Below, piece by piece: positions 59,236 through 64,000 of a stretch of DNA of 64,000 nucleotides. Location of the stretch: assembly GCA_033119305.1 (NCBI GenBank), contig VSWD01000013.1:8623032-8687031 (forward strand), read 5' to 3'. Source of the stretch: Pinctada imbricata (Eukaryota). The translations under genes and the position numbers were made by a program. Numbering within the stretch: the stretch's first letter is position 1; every line of letters starts with the position of its first letter. The notes beneath the pieces are model-generated. The model was given only the letters and a program-made list of their open reading frames with translations, had not been told where the DNA came from and did no database searches.

Positions 59236-59385
59236 ATCGTGGCTCAGCTGGGTGAGCGTCGGAATTCTGAATTAGGGGTCCAGGGTTCGAATCTTGGCAT
59301 GGATGGGCGGTTCTCATTATTTTTTATTTCATGGTCTATGAGCCGTTTTCTTTTCATATAAGGGGGGGGGGGGGGGGGGGGGGGC
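59236..59385 (+). mobile_element. tRNA-derived SINE-like sequence or tRNA pseudogene. Pol III A-box TGGCTCAGCTGG and B-box GGGTTCGAATC are 43 nt apart, followed ~70 nt later by a (G)23 run
   Basis: GTGGCTCAGCTGGGTGAGCGTCGGAATTCTGAATTAGGGGTCCAGGGTTCGAATCTTGGCATGGATGGG. The D-arm and T-arm fold, but there is no convincing anticodon stem or acceptor stem, so it is not an intact tRNA. Confidence 0.4.
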
Positions 59386-60359
59386 TTGGATTAATTAAAA
59401 AATCTTTGCTTTTCTGATTTGTCACATTCTTTTTAATATGAATTATGGCAAGGCCATTGTGAGGACGCAGATGAAATATAATTTCAATGAATTTATACCC
59501 AATTTTCACCATACATCACTGAATATTTTTTTTTTACTAAGTTAATAAGAATAAAATATGTCATACAATATGTGTTCTTGTTATTTTTTCCAGCATCATT
59601 TTTACCGTCTTTATCAGCCTTACATTAGTTTTTTTCTTGAAATCCAGAATCATCTACAGGAGAGGGGATATTATATTAGACAATTTCTAGATCGACATGC
59701 AGCATGCACATAACTCGTAAATGCGGGGAAACAATTCTCAATGTCACAAAACAATCAGTTAAAACATGAAATCGCAATGCTTAATTTTGAAACATAAATG
59801 ACAGATAAGAAAAGATCAAGTGATGTCATCTTAATCTATACATTTTAAGTCCTTGGACCTTGACGAAAACCAAGGAAAAGAGAACTCGGGCAAGAAAACT
59901 GTGGGCAAAAACCATTAAAATAAAAAAATTTTTTTTTTACTGTTTTCTGAAGTATTTATATATTATATAAGATTAACATGTATCTTTATTATTCAATGAA
60001 TTCAATTAAACTTTTAAATGTTTAAATTTACTTTTTAAATTTCATTGGGTGATGAAATGTCAGTTGTCGTATCAGGAATATGTATCCCCCCTTGCACCCA
60101 CCCACCTCTATCCCCTATTACTTTCACCGTAAAAATTAGCATTCAAAATGCAGAAGAGAGAGAAAACTTCATTTTCGGCGCCGTCTATAGTGTTATCAGC
60201 AATATATCGTTTTATAGGATGATCTGGAAAAGGGAGTTAAAACTTACAAATTAAGTACAGTATAACATTAGTATTACAGGATTTTCCCTTCTAAATAATG
60301 TAAATGATTTTCCAATGTAATATCTGTGAAGACAAAATTCTTGCTCATTCCTTCACTTT

Positions 60360-60720
60360 AAAAGAGGGTGAAAGGGACGGGGAGGGGCGGGAGGAAGGTG
60401 AGAGGGGGAGAGGGAGGACAGGGAGCGAGGGAGCGAGGGGGAAGAAGGAATGGTGTGGGAGATAAGGGGGCGGAGAGAGCGGGTACCCCATGTCTGCTCC
60501 CCACCCCCATAAAAGGCAAGAATGAATGGGAGGGGGAGGAAGGAGGCAGCTGGAGGGAGGCAGAAGGGAGGGAGGGAGAGGTTAGGAGGTGGGAGAAGGG
60601 AGCGGGGGGAGAGAAGGAGAGAAGTTAGTAGAAATCTACCCCCTGTCCCCCCCCCTGAATACAATCAACCCTCCCCCCCTTTCTAAAAAAAATCTGAAGC
60701 CATCACCCCTCTACCTTGGA
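60360..60720. repeat. GGGAGG-type GA-rich low-complexity block, same class as 13815-14232
   Basis: GGGTGAAAGGGACGGGGAGGGGCGGGAGGAAGGTGAGAGGGGGAGAGGGAGGACAGGGAGCGAGGGAGCGAGGGGGAAG... ORFs 60353..60664 and 60368..60628 are low-complexity translations. Confidence 0.7.
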
Positions 60721-61019
60721 TCCGCTTATGATTTACTACCTCCAAAGGAAAAAATACCCAGCCTTATAAGTTATTTCTGACAGAAAAAAATATACTTCAT
60801 GCTTTTAACCAAGGACTTATAAACAGTTTATCACCTTTTCTCACAAAATCCGCCCATTTCAAATTCGAAAAATTGAAAAAATGAAAGTTGCAGCAGCTAA
60901 ATAGAATGTGCTTTACTCAATGCGACAAACCTTTGAGAAGAAATGTGCAAAATTTCAGGACTCGTAGGTAACAAATAACGTTATTATAATGATTTTACTG
61001 AAGGGCTCCATTTATATTT

Positions 61020-62426
61020 GTAATTTACGTGATGGCTCAGGTTCTGAATATAAACTTTTGTATTTCACTGTTATCTAAAGACAACTCTCCTATTTTATTT
61101 AGGATTGTCCTTTTAAAGTCTATCGTAAATAAAACCATTAATAATTGTAAAATACATATGATGATGACGGACATATAAGTCCTTAATTCAATCTGTTCCA
61201 AATTCATAATGAAAAAATATATTTGTTTGTTGCGGCAATACCTTTATAAAGGATGCAACATCTCCTATGCAATTTATCTTCTAACTTCTGAACATTTTGA
61301 AGGAAATGCGAATTGAAAACAAGGGATGGACAAAGCTAGAAACGACCAAATAATCATCAACCATGTCAGAATACAAATAACGTAAATTACATAAAGGAGT
61401 GATCTGGAACTTAATCGTCATGAAAAAATCTATAGACACATTATTTACCAATACAAATACATCTATTGGTTGTTTTGACTGTTGCAAATTACTCTGTGAT
61501 TCAATTCATGAAGTTTCAGTTATTTTTACTGAGATGATGATATGTGTTACATATTGCATAGCTAACGCAATATATCCTATGCAGTATCACTTGTCTGTTA
61601 GGCCAAACATAGCATTAAATCCTATTTTTATGACCTACTTTACATTCTGTATATCTCCTTTCTCGCTTTCCCCCATATCATGTGAAAACAAGACTTGGAA
61701 TAACTAATTCTAAGAACACGACAACGATGTAATTTACGTTATCAAAGACGTTTTACAAAAATGTATGCTAGAATCGTAAACAATGAATGTGTGTCATGAA
61801 AAAGATATTTATTACATTCCATTTATATGTTAGCTTCTTTATCTACTGATCTTTGGTACAATTAAAGAAAACTGAAAGATAATTCATGTCGTTGGAAAAA
61901 AGTGTAATTTACGTTACTGTTGAATTGATATTGAGGAAATTCACTAAACATGGTGAAGTTTCCATTTGATTTCAGTTTCAGATTAACCCTAGCAAAGATT
62001 TAAAACAAAACAATCAGTAAAATAAACGTCTACGACCCTTCTATAATTCCATAGGGAACGTAAATTACACAACGTAAATTACTTTTGTACTCATATTTAA
62101 GCATAACTTAAAGAAAAGACCGAATACCTGAACGATGACTGTATTTAATTTGACTATAGAGTGTCGGCAATGATCGTAACACGTCATTTCTTTATCCTTT
62201 CTCCTATATTTTGAGAAAAGCGATAACGTAAATTACATGCTTAAAACGAACCGCGCATTTTGACAAATAAACCATCTATACTGAAAAGTTAAGTAACCAT
62301 ACACCAAAAGGAGTTCCCTTTAGTTTTAATACTATTTTGAATAAACATTCAAAGAGATATAATGAAAGCTTTTGACAGTTATTATTATTTTTTGTCCGGC
62401 AAGTAATCATGGCAACGTAAATTACG
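61020..62426. promoter_or_regulatory. dispersed cluster of eight copies of the 12-mer AACGTAAATTAC (both orientations) in otherwise non-repetitive sequence. Possible homotypic binding-site cluster or relic of a degenerated repeat
   Basis: Copies at 61020(-), 61379(+), 61748(-), 61914(-), 62058(+), 62071(+), 62225(+), 62415(+). The last is extended to AATTACGTAAAA, which contains the palindrome TTACGTAA. Confidence 0.4.
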
Positions 62427-63189
62427 TAAAACGAGCGACAATATGAAAAGCTGTAAATTATTTTACCTCTACTAATTTTCCATATTTTAACCTTCAAATT
62501 TCAATTATTTTACATTTCTCCTTACATTTTGATCCATTTGATGTATTTTTCTCTCTACTTAAGGCATTTTACTATAGTTTAAAAGTTGTATACTGTTTGT
62601 GCGACAGGCAAAAAACAATAAAAACGAGTGGTATATCGTGGCCTGTCATAAATTTCAAACTATGAGGTCAAATAATTTTGTTGTTTTCTAATAGAAATGG
62701 GAATTTCCTTTAAGAAAACCGTCAATTTTGACTTAAAATCTGTATAAATACATCTCTTATTGTCAAGCGACATGTTATTTTGATAGTGGGCGGATTTTGT
62801 GAGAAAAGATGTTATAAGTCCTTGTTTTAACAGAGCCACAGCTGTGTTGACCTACTTGTACTAAATACTGTAAATGATGACGTAAGTTGTGACGCGTTGT
62901 AAACAGCACCAAAGGCAGCAGACATTTAGAAGTTTGTGTTGGGATTTACACTGCATAGATTTTCTGTATATTCTACATGTAGATCTTATATATGTGGAGA
63001 GAAACCACATTATTCGATCTACAGGTATCAAAATATCAACTGCAAATCATCCTCGAAAGCAGAATGAAGTTCGGTAAGTCGCTGATCGCGCAGATATTTT
63101 TTGTTTGTTTTTTTTTCTCCCAGCATTATAGTTTATCCATGGATATTTCTGAGGGAGCTGTCGATGAAAGAAAGTCCGCGAAACAAAGT

Positions 63190-63606
63190 TGTATGCTGAC
63201 GTCGCGTCGCATGCTGACGTCACGTTGTAATTTTCAAAGAGGATATTCGGACTAAACATGATATATGTTGGAAATGATGGTGCAATGTCAGTATTACGTG
63301 AAGCAAAGTACAAATCATACATTGGGACACTGGAGGAGTAAGCCAAACGAAGAATATTCAAAGGAGATCGAGAAATCTTAGTCATCGATGGGTTTCATTC
63401 TGTCGTCAAGTGACATTGTCAAAAAAATAAGCTTGCGCTTCACGCCGATCAAATGGGCAATGGGGAGAATGACGTCATTGACCACGGTTTTGGAACCTAT
63501 AGGTATAGCATAGAATTCAATTGAAAAACACCATTTTTCCTATTTATATACACGTGTTACCTTGATGAGGACTACGTCCGCGCCTGCGGCGCGGACTGCG
63601 TCCTCT
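63190..63606. promoter_or_regulatory. CpG-containing block with duplicated GCATGCTGACGTC (TGACGTC / TGACGTCA CRE-like cores at 63196 and 63215), another TGACGTCA at 63472, CACGTG at 63551 and a 39-bp quasi-palindrome GAGGACTACGTCCGCGCCTGCGGCGCGGACTGCGTCCTC (63568-63606)
   Basis: Read directly. ATGAAGTTCG|GTAAGT at 63064-63079 could be a short first coding exon with a donor. This is speculative. Confidence 0.25.
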
Positions 63607-64000
63607 ATTAGGCTGGTCCCACTTCCATGGCTGTAAACAACCCCACCCCACCCCCAAACTACAGCCAATTACAAACAGATTAAGTGATAATTAAGGTACA
63701 ATGTGAAAACAGTAAAATGTGAAATACTGTTAAATTCCAGATTGCTTTTCTTTTCTAACAGATCTCAGAAAAATACACATTTTGATACCCATATTGCCTT
63801 GTATTTCATGTCATATAAGTTTAAACACAATTTTTAAAGTAATTGTCATGGTTCTGGACTTAGAAATTTTCCCTCAAAGATGCAGAGCAGTACAATTTTC
63901 TAAGTCTAAAGAGAAGCTAAATTAGACTAAGTTCAGTATTCATATACTTGCACTATGTTAAACCTCCCTATAGCTCCAGCAGACATGGTATGCTGTATGC

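Noticed and set aside
59236-59310. Intact tRNA gene
   Set aside because: A-box and B-box are present, but no 5-bp anticodon stem or 7-bp acceptor stem can be formed. It is treated as a tRNA-derived SINE or pseudogene.

Overview
Eukaryotic, AT-rich (~35% GC), intron-containing genomic DNA. From the repeat architecture my guess is a marine invertebrate, possibly a bivalve mollusc (low confidence). Nothing prokaryotic is present: no CRISPR arrays or operons. There are three credible protein-coding loci, embedded in a very repeat-rich, transposon-rich landscape.

1. Minus strand, 5545..10126: a single uninterrupted 4.6-kb exon encoding a ~1,530-aa nuclear-type protein with about 10 widely spaced C2H2 zinc fingers, AT-hooks and an internal Ser/Thr heptad-like repeat. 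It ends at a strong splice donor.
2. Minus strand, 22837..23757: the terminal exon of a TatD-family (TATDN2-like) DNase gene. Its upstream intron is filled by a 2.6-kb, 26-bp minisatellite. The exon carries one internal frame discontinuity.
3. Plus strand, 31377..38743: a complete 10-exon major vault protein (MVP) gene with canonical GT-AG introns. It shows three separate single-nucleotide frame inconsistencies in the first three exons.

There is also a low-confidence PA-domain-like gene fragment on the plus strand at 47116..50271. Its intron holds a tandem array that duplicates the exon's own splice donor, interrupted by two MITEs.

The remaining sequence is dominated by the following repeats and mobile elements:
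- two hAT-like non-autonomous DNA transposons with perfect TIRs and perfect 8-bp TSDs (16792..19827 and 56825..57594);
- TTAA-flanked and TA-flanked foldback MITEs;
- a near-identical pair of 650-bp TIR elements;
- several satellite families (22-bp, 26-bp, ~150-bp, a palindromic ~37-bp unit, 45-bp, ~172-bp);
- three elements sharing a head, (GTCY/CGTCCG)n microsatellite, satellite-array architecture that resembles bivalve Helentron-associated satellite carriers;
- many long poly-G/poly-C homopolymers;
- a dispersed cluster of a 12-mer (AACGTAAATTAC) in unique sequence.

The frame breaks in MVP and the TatD-like exon sit in short homopolymer contexts. Together with the poly-G/C runs, this suggests assembly indel errors or recent pseudogenisation; I cannot distinguish these from sequence alone.
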